IMG/VR virus record: IMGVR_UViG_3300020044_007438
Span: 1-27,967 of that record
Direction: 5' to 3' (one strand)
Origin: a virus
Taxonomy: Duplodnaviria > Caudoviricetes
DNA: 27,967 bases
The notes under the pieces were generated by a model. The model was not told the DNA's origin. It ran no database searches and worked only from the letters and a program-made list of their open reading frames with translations. Of the stretch, positions 15,393 to 23,648 are shown piece by piece. Each line of letters begins with the position of its first letter. The stretch's first letter is position 1. A program made the translations under genes and the position numbers.

Positions 15393-15748
15393 TTTCCCAC
15401 ATTATCGGAGTCCATGACAGATTGACCGAGCCGTTCCAGCGATTGCGCGACCTGTGCGATCACGCCGTCGATTTCCTCAATGTGATAGGCAGCGAACTTG
15501 GCTAGTGCTTGATTCCTGTCTTCCTTGTCCATGTCGATGTAATCGGTCATCTCTTCGCGGGTCTGTGACATGACTAGGATGATTTCAACCATATCATCTG
15601 GCGTGGGTTCGTTGCCTTCGGTCACAAAGCCGTTGTTCAGCGCACGAAGCACTACGGCCTGACCGGCACCGATTTGCCGCAACGGTTTCCCGCCTAGTTG
15701 GATTTCTCCGATCCACGATTTCAGCAATGTCTTGTCTCTTTCTTTCAT
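15371..15748 (-). CDS. Tail assembly chaperone (gpG-like)
   Basis: 125 aa ending ...NVGKEIRHAS with the slippery site; upstream of the tape measure. Confidence 0.8.
   Translation of the reverse strand: MKERDKTLLKSWIGEIQLGGKPLRQIGAGQAVVLRALNNGFVTEGNEPTPDDMVEIILVMSQTREEMTDYIDMDKEDRNQALAKFAAYHIEEIDGVIAQVAQSLERLGQSVMDSDNVGKEIRHAS
15392..15398 (-). promoter_or_regulatory. -1 ribosomal frameshift slippery site GGGAAAG
   Basis: G GGA AAG in the correct phase near the end of the chaperone gene; same heptamer as lambda G-T. Confidence 0.85.
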
Positions 15749-16281
15749 CCGTTCATTCGGTTAATTAGTTCCTGCTTCTGGAGTTTCGGCATACCGACGC
15801 CAATCAAGGCGCTGGCTGTGCCGTTTGTCATAAAGGTTTCTCGATTCGATCGCATGTGCAGCGTCAGCAGCTCGCGCCGATTCAGAACGTGCGCGAGGCA
15901 ATAGCTTTCTGGGTTTTCAGGGAAAGCTGAAATGTGCCGTTGTGCATCTTCAAAATCCTTCAAATGACCGATCTCGAAAAGCGAGTGGGCATGGTCGAAC
16001 CATTCATGCAGCTTCATTCCCTTAGAAGCGGATTGCACGAATTCGGACATGATCCGAAGCGGATGTTGGCTTGGAATTGTCTCGATGTTGCTCCAAGCCG
16101 TTGACATGTCGCCCGTGCTGAATCGCCCGTCAAAACTGATTGATCCGAAGTGGTATCGGGAATAAACATGCCCGTTTTGATGCGCCACAAGAGTGCAAGG
16201 CGATGCCTCGTCCAGAGGCACTCCTAGTGCCATCAGTGCGCAGGCAAAGTTAATGTCTCCAGTTCCAAATGATGATGTCAT
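15745..16281 (-). CDS. Hypothetical protein between the tail tube and chaperone genes
   Basis: 178-aa ORF; ATGA overlap with the chaperone; no recognised motif. Confidence 0.7.
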   Translation of the reverse strand: MTSSFGTGDINFACALMALGVPLDEASPCTLVAHQNGHVYSRYHFGSISFDGRFSTGDMSTAWSNIETIPSQHPLRIMSEFVQSASKGMKLHEWFDHAHSLFEIGHLKDFEDAQRHISAFPENPESYCLAHVLNRRELLTLHMRSNRETFMTNGTASALIGVGMPKLQKQELINRMNG

Positions 16282-16301
16282 ATTTCATTGATAGCTACGG
16301 A

Positions 16302-16727
16302 TTAGGCTGATGTGTAGACTGATGTGGAGTCAACACTTGGGTAGAACACTCCGGTAAGGCTGCCAGTTTCAAAGCCGTTATTCGTGCGGGTCATGCTTGC
16401 CGCTGTGATGATGACCGAAGCATTGGCCACCGGGGTAATTTTGAGGATGTCGGCGTAGACCGTGGAACTGTCGCCCGTTGCGTTGGCGAGAACAACCAGA
16501 TCAGCCATGCCGACGACCATGCCGGCTCCTTTGGTGCTGATTACGCCTTCGCAGCTGATGTCGATGCGCTCGTTGCTGATCGAAACGCCGATGTCTTGAC
16601 CTACATGGTTCGGTGCTGTTCCTACTTCGGAAGCGCCGTTAAATGAAATCGAACCTAGGAAAAGCCCGGTCGAACTGGATTCGGAATTAGCTCCAAACTT
16701 TGCGGTTGAGTAAACGGTTGCGCTCAT
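16302..16727 (-). CDS. Putative major tail (tube) protein
   Basis: 141 aa, Ser/Thr/Gly-rich beta protein following the neck genes; by synteny. Confidence 0.65.
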   Translation of the reverse strand: MSATVYSTAKFGANSESSSTGLFLGSISFNGASEVGTAPNHVGQDIGVSISNERIDISCEGVISTKGAGMVVGMADLVVLANATGDSSTVYADILKITPVANASVIITAASMTRTNNGFETGSLTGVFYPSVDSTSVYTSA

Positions 16728-16741
16728 AGTGGTTGGGAAAG

Positions 16742-17179
16742 TTAGATTGGACAGGCGATGACCGTCATTTCAAATCTGGTAATCCGTTGCCCATCGCCTG
16801 ACTCAGTAATCCCCGAAGGAAGTCGAATGTCAAACACTCTCGCTCCGTTCCGGTCGCTTACCCATGCGATCATGTCCCGATCTCCCAAGATGTCGTAAAG
16901 ATTCTGACGCCAGCCAAGCTCGGTGGCAATCGGAGTTCCTTCGTTGTTTTGGTCGGCTGGGACTGTGTGCATCTCAACGGAGATTTCATAGTCGGTCACG
17001 CCATACATCGTTACGTTGCCTGTTTCATGGACTGCCGCGCCCGTCTCATAGATCCCTATGAATGGCGGGGTGACGTCCGCCTCCTCGCCAGTTATGGCGA
17101 TCTGGATTCCGTCTAGGTCGATGTATTCCTCTTGGATGCGTTTCTGTATCCACTGCCTGATTGATTTCTGGATGTTCAT
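16742..17179 (-). CDS. Putative tail terminator/completion protein
   Basis: 145 aa, acidic, PPFIGIYE block; position just before the tube gene. Confidence 0.55.
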   Translation of the reverse strand: MNIQKSIRQWIQKRIQEEYIDLDGIQIAITGEEADVTPPFIGIYETGAAVHETGNVTMYGVTDYEISVEMHTVPADQNNEGTPIATELGWRQNLYDILGDRDMIAWVSDRNGARVFDIRLPSGITESGDGQRITRFEMTVIACPI

Positions 17180-17928
17180 GCTTTGTCCTTTTTGTCGATG
17201 ACTGCGAGTGTTTTTCGGTAAAACGTCACGGTTTTCTTTAGTCCGAACTGAATTGATTTAGTGATGCCTGAGCTTTGCAGGACATGACTGTTGCCAGAAT
17301 ACGCAAGTTTGTTTGTGATTTTTGCCACTGGTTTCCATCCCATGACCGGCTTTTTAGAATTTCCAAAACGCTTGTGCTTTTGAGTGTAGCTCAGAAAGTT
17401 TCTGCCGATGCTCATTTTTTCTGTTCCGGTCTGAGCGCGAGCGATCTCCGTTCCTGCGCCAAGCCATGCGCCTTTTGCCATACCTGCTTTTGCGAGTCTC
17501 ATTTTTATCGCGACCTTAAACGTCTTCATGTCGCAGACCATTTTTTCGGAACGTGCCAATTCAGCTGTGCGAGAGTTGCGCTTCGTTTGGTTTAACTCGA
17601 TCCAGTCGTTGACAGCTTGATGGTCAGTCAGCGCACGGCGTGATTGAACTCCGTATTTAGCTCCTTGATTTGTGGCCGAGTAGCCGCGACCGCGTGTTTT
17701 CTCCAGCTTTTCGACAACCAGAAGCACATTGTATGCGTCCCGAAATATCGCACCTTCCTGTTTGATTCGGGTTTTTACCTTGCCGAATACTTGAGTTTCA
17801 AACGCCAGTTCGCGACAGACCTGAATGCTCCACCGAATCACTGCTTGCGCGTTGGATTCGCCAAGTTGCTTGGCGAAACGCTTTAAGCTGCGTTCAAGTT
17901 TCGGCTGGTCTATTTCCGCTTTAATCAT
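17176..17928 (-). CDS. Putative neck protein (basic, HK97 gp10/lambda Z-like position)
   Basis: Start moved to MIKAEIDQ (ATG 17928, ATGA overlap); 250 aa, very basic. Confidence 0.6.
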   Translation of the reverse strand: MIKAEIDQPKLERSLKRFAKQLGESNAQAVIRWSIQVCRELAFETQVFGKVKTRIKQEGAIFRDAYNVLLVVEKLEKTRGRGYSATNQGAKYGVQSRRALTDHQAVNDWIELNQTKRNSRTAELARSEKMVCDMKTFKVAIKMRLAKAGMAKGAWLGAGTEIARAQTGTEKMSIGRNFLSYTQKHKRFGNSKKPVMGWKPVAKITNKLAYSGNSHVLQSSGITKSIQFGLKKTVTFYRKTLAVIDKKDKA

Positions 17929-18236
17929 GCCTTGTGGATTTCTTCCAGGGTAATCGTGGTAAAACTGCCGCCCTTGCGGATTCCTTCTACTCGCCATTGC
18001 TCTGAACGTGCCGTGGCGAGCTTTTTAAGCAACGTGCCTGATGGTAGCGAGGAAGTCTTGCAGACAGCCGTGAGACGCTTTGTAGGCTCAAATCCGACCT
18101 CGCCAAATGTCTTTGCCTCGTCTGCTTCGGCGAGGATGCAGGAAATAGCCGTGCCGTTGATGGTCACGGTTTCCGCGCCGATCATGGCAAAGGACTGCGT
18201 GGCTGATGCAAGTGCGTGTGCCGAAACAATGGACAT
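17925..18236 (-). CDS. Head-tail joining/head closure protein (gpFII-like)
   Basis: 103 aa beta-rich (GAETVTING...WRVEGI...TITL); synteny. Confidence 0.65.
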   Translation of the reverse strand: MSIVSAHALASATQSFAMIGAETVTINGTAISCILAEADEAKTFGEVGFEPTKRLTAVCKTSSLPSGTLLKKLATARSEQWRVEGIRKGGSFTTITLEEIHKA

Positions 18237-18270
18237 GCGCCCATCCTTGCCGAAATAGGGCGAAAATCAA
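18237..18270 (-). promoter_or_regulatory. Late promoter-like motif (TTGATTTTCGCC), starts 34 nt before ATG 18236
   Basis: Matches the other three copies; intergenic. Confidence 0.68.
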
Positions 18271-18293
18271 ATCAACCCTGCCAGCGGTCGAGG

Positions 18294-18926
18294 TCAGGAA
18301 AAAGACGCTTGATCTTGATGAAGTTTTTCAGGAGCCGCCGTGGTCGCCGCATCATGCCGATAATAGTGCAGGATTTTCGGTATGTGAACGGTCGTTCTCG
18401 CTCGCTTGCGTGCCTGTAGCGCCCATGCGCGATCCTCTCCGTAGTTCGTCTCTAAGAACTGGCAGCCTGCCACTGTGTCGCGTTTCCACGCGCAAACGTG
18501 CCACGCATCGCGGTTGGTGATGCCGCCGGGAACGAATCCATGATCGCCCTGCCCTAGTTGGAAGTCCACGACGCTCTGCTTGCCGTTGTAGGTTGCCCCT
18601 TGGAGGAACGTAATCACGTCGGCACCGCTGGCGGCAGCGGCCAGCAGCTCCTCGACGTAGCTGTCTGCGATGTCGTCATCATCATCGACGAACGCGATGT
18701 ATTGCCCCCGCGCGATGTCGAGCAGTGCCTGCCGCTTCGCGCCGATGCTACGGGTGCGGTTGTCGCTCAGCATCAGATGCTCGACCTGCCCCGAAGTCCT
18801 CGGCGCGGAACTCAGATCCTCGGTGCGGGTTGGTAGGGCTGCGATCTGCTCCTCGATCCTCCACTGGAGGGTTTGCAGTTGTCTCTCGCGTCCTGGTATC
18901 GTCGGGGTCAGTATTGATAGGATCAT
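18294..18926 (-). CDS. Glycosyltransferase family 2 (GT-A fold)
   Basis: MILSILTPT start; IGAKRQALLDIARGQYIAFVDDDD (DxD), GEDRAW, LHYY. Confidence 0.9.
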   Translation of the reverse strand: MILSILTPTIPGRERQLQTLQWRIEEQIAALPTRTEDLSSAPRTSGQVEHLMLSDNRTRSIGAKRQALLDIARGQYIAFVDDDDDIADSYVEELLAAAASGADVITFLQGATYNGKQSVVDFQLGQGDHGFVPGGITNRDAWHVCAWKRDTVAGCQFLETNYGEDRAWALQARKRARTTVHIPKILHYYRHDAATTAAPEKLHQDQASFS

Positions 18927-19020
18927 GTGTTTTGTTCTTTCTGAAAATTGCGTCGTAGTTGTTGCGGTAGGCCGGTGCGTCACCCAGCCTGTGCCAGTCG
19001 CCTTTGTGGGTCTTGCTCAT
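18748..19020 (-). CDS. Possible tiny phage ORF (MSKTHKGDWHR...YRNNYDAIFRK)
   Basis: ATG 19020 overlaps the upstream stop and the first ~31 codons fill the gap; the frame then runs on overlapping the GT2 gene, so the 3' part is doubtful. Confidence 0.4.
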   Translation of the reverse strand: MSKTHKGDWHRLGDAPAYRNNYDAIFRKNKTHDPINTDPDDTRTRETTANPPVEDRGADRSPTNPHRGSEFRAEDFGAGRASDAERQPHP

Positions 19021-21188
19021 ACGGTTTGATTCCTTACCCAGCATCGACCGACGACGTGGTAGTTGATGCCGGATTCTTGGACTGCTTTCAGCACGCCCGG
19101 CGCGTCGATGTCATGGCCGCCGAAGAATCCTTCGGGTTTCACCTTGGGTAGCCATGCCGCGATGTCGGCCTTGACGCTTTCGTAGTCGTGCGCTGCGTCG
19201 ATGAAGATGCCGTCAGCGGATTCGTCCGGCTGATGTTTCGACTCTGCCACGCTTTCGTTGCGGCACTTGGTGATTTTCCGGCTGCCGCAGTTTTCGCGGA
19301 ACTCATCCCACACGTCCACTTGCCCGGTGTCGGGATCGCCAGCAAAGGTATCGACGCAGATGAGGGTTGCTGATTGCTTGCCGATGTCGTCGAGTCGGTC
19401 GCGCAGGTAGATTGCGCTCTTGCCCTTCCAACTGCCGACCTCGATAAATGTCCCGTCGATAGGCAGGGTGTCCGCAACGTAGTCGTAGACATCGCGGAAG
19501 TCGAACCATCCTGCGATATCGCTAGATACCTTTTGCCCCGCGGTCAGTCGAGCCAAGATGTTCTTGCCGATCTCGTAGTTTGCCGGCGCGTTGCTACGGG
19601 CGTATGTCTCATCCATCTCAGCCTTGCCGAACGCTGGGTGCAGATGCTCAAAAGTGAGGTCGCGTGCGTCAATGACCACGCCGTCACGGAAGGCGCATTC
19701 AGAGAACCAGTTGTCTGAGAACATGCTGAAAAACTCAGGATGGAAGAGGTATCCTTGATCTTCGTATCGGGCGCGGGTCAGGATCGCCATGCAAAGCAGG
19801 TCATCGGTGCGGTGGCCGTCACTGATAGCTAGGACGGCGGGCTTGGAGGTGTCGCCTAGTGCCTGCAAAATTGCAGTGTCCCAGCCTTGGAAGGGTTCCC
19901 AATCGTCAGAAAGTTGCAATAAGACCTCGCCGCGTGAATGTTTTGCACATTCGTTCCAGGCATCAACGGGGCCACCATTGCCGCGAACTAGGCAGTGACG
20001 AGTAACCATCAAGGGCATAGCCTCGGGGTCGTCTGCATCAAGTCCGAAGATATGCTCAATCGCATCTGGTGTGTCTGCCATGCGAAGCCAATCGTTTTTG
20101 CACCTCCATGCTTTGCCAGCTCGACCGCGTGTCGCGTGAAGGAGGCTGATCTTCGCGCCGTGCATGATGAAATGGTTGATCTCTTGCGCGTCTGCCTCCT
20201 CGCCCCTGCGGTTTGCGCGTAGAGCCATCGCCCGCAGGCTTACGCCTAATCTGCCGTAATACATGCGGCGAAGGTTCCAAGGCGGTTCTGGAGGCATTCT
20301 CAGCGCAATCATGGCCTCTGTCCAGCCGAGCGAGTGTTGCGGCGAGTTCATAAGGCAGGAAAGTCCAAGCTCTCCGTAGGCTTCTCTCCGAGATGGGTCG
20401 GTGGAAAGCGCCTGTAGCAGAAGGTTGTGCTTTGTATCTTGGTCGCCTGCCAGGCGAGCCAGTTGGAATAAAGCCTCGTAGCGTTCATTCTGTCCTGCGT
20501 CCGGTAACTGCGCAAATTCCATCGCCTTCGGTATCGCCTCGGCGTTTCGATCTAATGCGATCAGAGATTGGAAAACATGGAACTTTTGCGACACTGTGCG
20601 CTCGTCCTCTGGGATGCTCTCTAGGATGCGCAGGTTGCGCTCGTCCCGGCTGGCGTGGCGCTTGCCAGACGCATGAACGATCTCGGCGCCGTCAAAACGC
20701 ATGTGGTTTGTTCCTTCGTCAAATTTTAGGCATTCGTGGATGGGGTTCTCCCATCGTGCGCAGCCGTTGCGCCAGATCCGCTCACGCCAGTTGACTACGC
20801 CGTCCTCTGGCACAACGTAGCGCATCAGCACGCCGTCAATGTCTTTGTCGCCGATGTCCTCGATAAGCTGCCGGATCTGCGCGATTGAGTCGGGCGTGAT
20901 TACGTCGTCGGTGTCTGCCCACATCAGCCAGTCGCCGGTGGCAAGATCGCAAGCGGTATTGCGGGCTGCCGCGAAGTCATCGACGTGCGGCCAGTTGTGG
21001 ACGTTGTGATACTCGCCAGTCTTGCAGCCGCGAATTTTTGCAATATCCAGCGTGCTGTCTGGCAACTGGTTGCCGATTGCCCGCACCACGATGATCTCGT
21101 CGGCGATCTTCTCAAAATGATCGAGGAAGCGGTTGATGTAGTTCTCGGCGTTGCCGGTGATGACGCAAAGGCTCAGTTTGTTTTTCAT
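19017..21188 (-). CDS. Multidomain GT2 + TPR-like + second GT-A-like domain + class I SAM methyltransferase
   Basis: LSLCVI...DFAAARN...WADTDD...IHE (GT2); helical repeats (DPSRREAY); ISLLHATRGR...LSDDW...EHLHP (GT-A); IEVGSWKGKS...IDAAHDYE...GGHD (Methyltransf_24-like). Confidence 0.88.
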   Translation of the reverse strand: MKNKLSLCVITGNAENYINRFLDHFEKIADEIIVVRAIGNQLPDSTLDIAKIRGCKTGEYHNVHNWPHVDDFAAARNTACDLATGDWLMWADTDDVITPDSIAQIRQLIEDIGDKDIDGVLMRYVVPEDGVVNWRERIWRNGCARWENPIHECLKFDEGTNHMRFDGAEIVHASGKRHASRDERNLRILESIPEDERTVSQKFHVFQSLIALDRNAEAIPKAMEFAQLPDAGQNERYEALFQLARLAGDQDTKHNLLLQALSTDPSRREAYGELGLSCLMNSPQHSLGWTEAMIALRMPPEPPWNLRRMYYGRLGVSLRAMALRANRRGEEADAQEINHFIMHGAKISLLHATRGRAGKAWRCKNDWLRMADTPDAIEHIFGLDADDPEAMPLMVTRHCLVRGNGGPVDAWNECAKHSRGEVLLQLSDDWEPFQGWDTAILQALGDTSKPAVLAISDGHRTDDLLCMAILTRARYEDQGYLFHPEFFSMFSDNWFSECAFRDGVVIDARDLTFEHLHPAFGKAEMDETYARSNAPANYEIGKNILARLTAGQKVSSDIAGWFDFRDVYDYVADTLPIDGTFIEVGSWKGKSAIYLRDRLDDIGKQSATLICVDTFAGDPDTGQVDVWDEFRENCGSRKITKCRNESVAESKHQPDESADGIFIDAAHDYESVKADIAAWLPKVKPEGFFGGHDIDAPGVLKAVQESGINYHVVGRCWVRNQTV

Positions 21189-21230
21189 ATTTCTTGAGGT
21201 GATGTAATGCGGCGGGAGGTGGGTGGCAAC

Positions 21231-21265
21231 AAAAAAACCGCCAGCCCCTTTCGAGACTGACGGTT
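21231..21265 (-). terminator. Rho-independent terminator after the major capsid gene
   Basis: Minus strand CCGTCAGTCTC-GAAA-GGGGCTGGCGG-TTTTTTT. Confidence 0.88.
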
Positions 21266-21287
21266 CATGACATGCACCGAAGAAAAC

Positions 21288-22181
21288 TTATGGCTTGGTG
21301 CCGAATGCGAGGCCGAGGGTGAGTCCGGTCGCAGTGCCGTAGAGGCACTCAAAGGCTCCGAACATCTGACCAGTTGCTTGGTCGAACGAGCGGCGGTAGC
21401 CCATGACGATGCCGGATGGGTCGGCAGCGCGTTCCACGGAAAGATACTCAGCACCGGCTTGCGGCTCAAGGTAGCGCATTGCGACCGAGATGGCGTCTGG
21501 GTGAGCGGCGAAACATACGAGGGAGGTCGCTGCAGTCGGCAGGATGTTCGTCTCGTAGGTTGGGAAGCCGACCAGCTGGCCGAGCGTGCCTTGACGGGCA
21601 GCTTGGTTGTCGCCGATGGCGTAGGCTTGAAGCACGTTCGTGGTGCCAAGGAGCGAGGCGCCGACAACGGTGTTGTGGATGAACGAGCAGACGCCGGGAT
21701 CAACGTCCACGTTGCGGCCTGCCAGAACAGCGCGAAGGGCGATGAGCTGGGAAAGTCCATAGTTGGCCTCCAAGGTCGTCACCGATGCTGATCCGAAGTT
21801 GGTGGTGGTGATGAGCTTCCAGATGTTCTCAAGAACTTTCTGACCGAGTGCGCGACCAGCTTGCATCGCGAGTTCGTCAAAACGAGCGGCAGAGCTGTTC
21901 GCATTCTGCAAGTCGGTAATGTCGAAGGTGACGATGTTGTGCTGGTTGAGGTTGACGGTGTTGTGAGTTACCGCGCCGCCGCCTGTCTGATAGTTGGCAG
22001 TGGAGGCGTTGAACGTGGTTGCAGTCATCGCGGAGATGAACGGAACGACAATAGCGTCACCTTTGCCGCGTGCGCTGTCATCGAGCGAACGGGAGAAGGC
22101 GCGGAGTGGGGCGAGCTTGGCGGTGAAGGCTTTCAGTGCCTCTTGCGCGAAGATGGTATCGTTGAAGGATAGTGTGGCCAT
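21288..22181 (-). CDS. Major capsid protein (HK97 fold)
   Basis: 297 aa after the protease/scaffold gene; GDAIVVP, GTLGQLVGFPTYET and ECLYG blocks typical of coat proteins; followed by a strong terminator. Confidence 0.85.
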   Translation of the reverse strand: MATLSFNDTIFAQEALKAFTAKLAPLRAFSRSLDDSARGKGDAIVVPFISAMTATTFNASTANYQTGGGAVTHNTVNLNQHNIVTFDITDLQNANSSAARFDELAMQAGRALGQKVLENIWKLITTTNFGSASVTTLEANYGLSQLIALRAVLAGRNVDVDPGVCSFIHNTVVGASLLGTTNVLQAYAIGDNQAARQGTLGQLVGFPTYETNILPTAATSLVCFAAHPDAISVAMRYLEPQAGAEYLSVERAADPSGIVMGYRRSFDQATGQMFGAFECLYGTATGLTLGLAFGTKP

Positions 22182-22208
22182 AATTCAGTTTTGTTTGAGA
22201 GTTGTTTG

Positions 22209-22682
22209 TTATTTGGTGAGTAGTTGGCGGATCTCTGCGCCGTGCTTGGCGTAGTATTCCGTGCGGGCTGCGCCTTTGAGGGTGGCGAGTGCTTCGATGT
22301 GATCTTGTGGAGCAGAGTCGGTGCCTGCTTCTGGGAGCGGTGCAGGCTGCCCAATGCTGGCGAGAATCTCGATTGCTTGGGTGGATGTCGATGCTTTAGC
22401 TGCCTCGATGTCCGCTTGTGCTTGCGTCAGATCGCCTTGAAGTCCGCTGATGGTTTCATCCTTGGCGACGATCTCAGCTTTGAAGCCTTCAGCGACAACG
22501 GTAAGATTGGAAATCTCCATTTCCTGTTCCGCAACAACGGATGCAAGGTTGGTCAACTCGATGATCTTAGCTTCGGCAGAAACGAGGTCAGCACGGAGGC
22601 TGTCGGCTTCTTCAATGTGCGCTTTCAGCTTGTCAGCTTCGTCGTCATTCAGGGATGGGAACAAGGTCTTAAAAATGTTCAT
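22209..22682 (-). CDS. Nested in-frame scaffold protein (Nu3-like, MNIFKTLFP...)
   Basis: Internal ATG 22682 preceded at -35 by the late promoter motif; downstream sequence is an acidic coiled coil. Confidence 0.6.
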   Translation of the reverse strand: MNIFKTLFPSLNDDEADKLKAHIEEADSLRADLVSAEAKIIELTNLASVVAEQEMEISNLTVVAEGFKAEIVAKDETISGLQGDLTQAQADIEAAKASTSTQAIEILASIGQPAPLPEAGTDSAPQDHIEALATLKGAARTEYYAKHGAEIRQLLTK

Positions 22683-23648
22683 GGGTGTCTTTGTCTCCGA
22701 TTCGGGGCGAATGTCAAACTGCTTGGCGTTTTGCTCTTTTCCGTCTTTCAGCACGACATCGACGAATCCTTTTTCTTTTGCTTCGTCGGCTGTCATCCAT
22801 GTCTCGGCGATCATCATTTCGCGGATCTCTTCCTCGTCCATGCCAGTGCGTTCGGCATAGATGCCGGCGATCTCGGCGCTGATGCTTTCCAGTAGCTCGG
22901 CCTGCTTCTTCAGAGCGCGTGCGTCACCAGCTGCGATGGTGCTGGCTTCGTGGATCATCACGCGGCTTCCTGCTGTCATACGGCGCTTGTCACCAGCCAT
23001 TAGGATGACGCTGCCCATCGAGGCAGCTAATCCGTTGACGGTCGCCGTGATTTCTACGCCACGGGCGGACATTTCGCGCAGTGCATTGTAAATGCGTTGA
23101 CCTTCAAAGACCGATCCGCCTGGCGTGTTGATTTCGATCTCGATGGCGTCGAGCGCGTCGTCTGCTTTGCAAACGATCTCGCCGATCTGCATCTGAGCCG
23201 CGACGGCGCGTTCACCATAAAGTTTGTCGAGCTTGTCGATGAGATCGTCGGCAGACTCTTTGTTGACGCCGCTGTTGAGCTTGACCTTGCCAAGCCGATT
23301 GTTGATTTCGATATTCATAAGTTGATTGTCGGTTTGTAGTTCTTTGAGTTTTTGATTTGCCCATGATGATCCCGGATCGCCGCCCCACAATGCCCACGCA
23401 ATGCGTCCGGCCGATGGGTAGCCATCTTCTCCGGGTGAGAATCCTTGGCCTTGTTTATCGACCTCGTGCCGCGCGAAGTAGCTGACCATCCGTCCGATGG
23501 TGTCCGGGGAAAGGTTCGTCCGATTGCTGATGTCGCGGGCGCGTGCCACGCCGACCTCAGTTCCGCCTCGGTTAAATTCAGCACGCCACTCCAGTCCGAG
23601 CTTTGCCTCGGCGGCCATGGCCTCAGTCGGTTTGAGATCAATCGCCAT
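22209..23648 (-). CDS. ClpP-type head maturation protease with an extra N-terminal domain and C-terminal coiled-coil scaffold
   Basis: INTPGGSVFEG, GLAASMGS, VMIH, ETWMTADEAKEKGFVD. Start moved to MAIDLKP (23648). Confidence 0.88.
   Translation of the reverse strand: MAIDLKPTEAMAAEAKLGLEWRAEFNRGGTEVGVARARDISNRTNLSPDTIGRMVSYFARHEVDKQGQGFSPGEDGYPSAGRIAWALWGGDPGSSWANQKLKELQTDNQLMNIEINNRLGKVKLNSGVNKESADDLIDKLDKLYGERAVAAQMQIGEIVCKADDALDAIEIEINTPGGSVFEGQRIYNALREMSARGVEITATVNGLAASMGSVILMAGDKRRMTAGSRVMIHEASTIAAGDARALKKQAELLESISAEIAGIYAERTGMDEEEIREMMIAETWMTADEAKEKGFVDVVLKDGKEQNAKQFDIRPESETKTPMNIFKTLFPSLNDDEADKLKAHIEEADSLRADLVSAEAKIIELTNLASVVAEQEMEISNLTVVAEGFKAEIVAKDETISGLQGDLTQAQADIEAAKASTSTQAIEILASIGQPAPLPEAGTDSAPQDHIEALATLKGAARTEYYAKHGAEIRQLLTK
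22683..22717 (-). promoter_or_regulatory. Late promoter-like motif (TTGACATTCGCC) inside the protease gene, starts 35 nt before ATG 22682
   Basis: TTTGACATTCGCCC is identical to the copy at 25453-25466. Confidence 0.68.

Noticed and set aside
18797-18838. Short direct repeat TCCTCGG(C/T)GCGG in an apparent loop insertion of the GT2 gene
   Set aside because: Only two 12-bp copies; likely a local duplication with no evidence of function.
21185-21760. 191-aa minus-strand ORF overlapping the capsid gene
   Set aside because: Alternative frame with Ser/Pro/Arg-rich composition that crosses the terminator.
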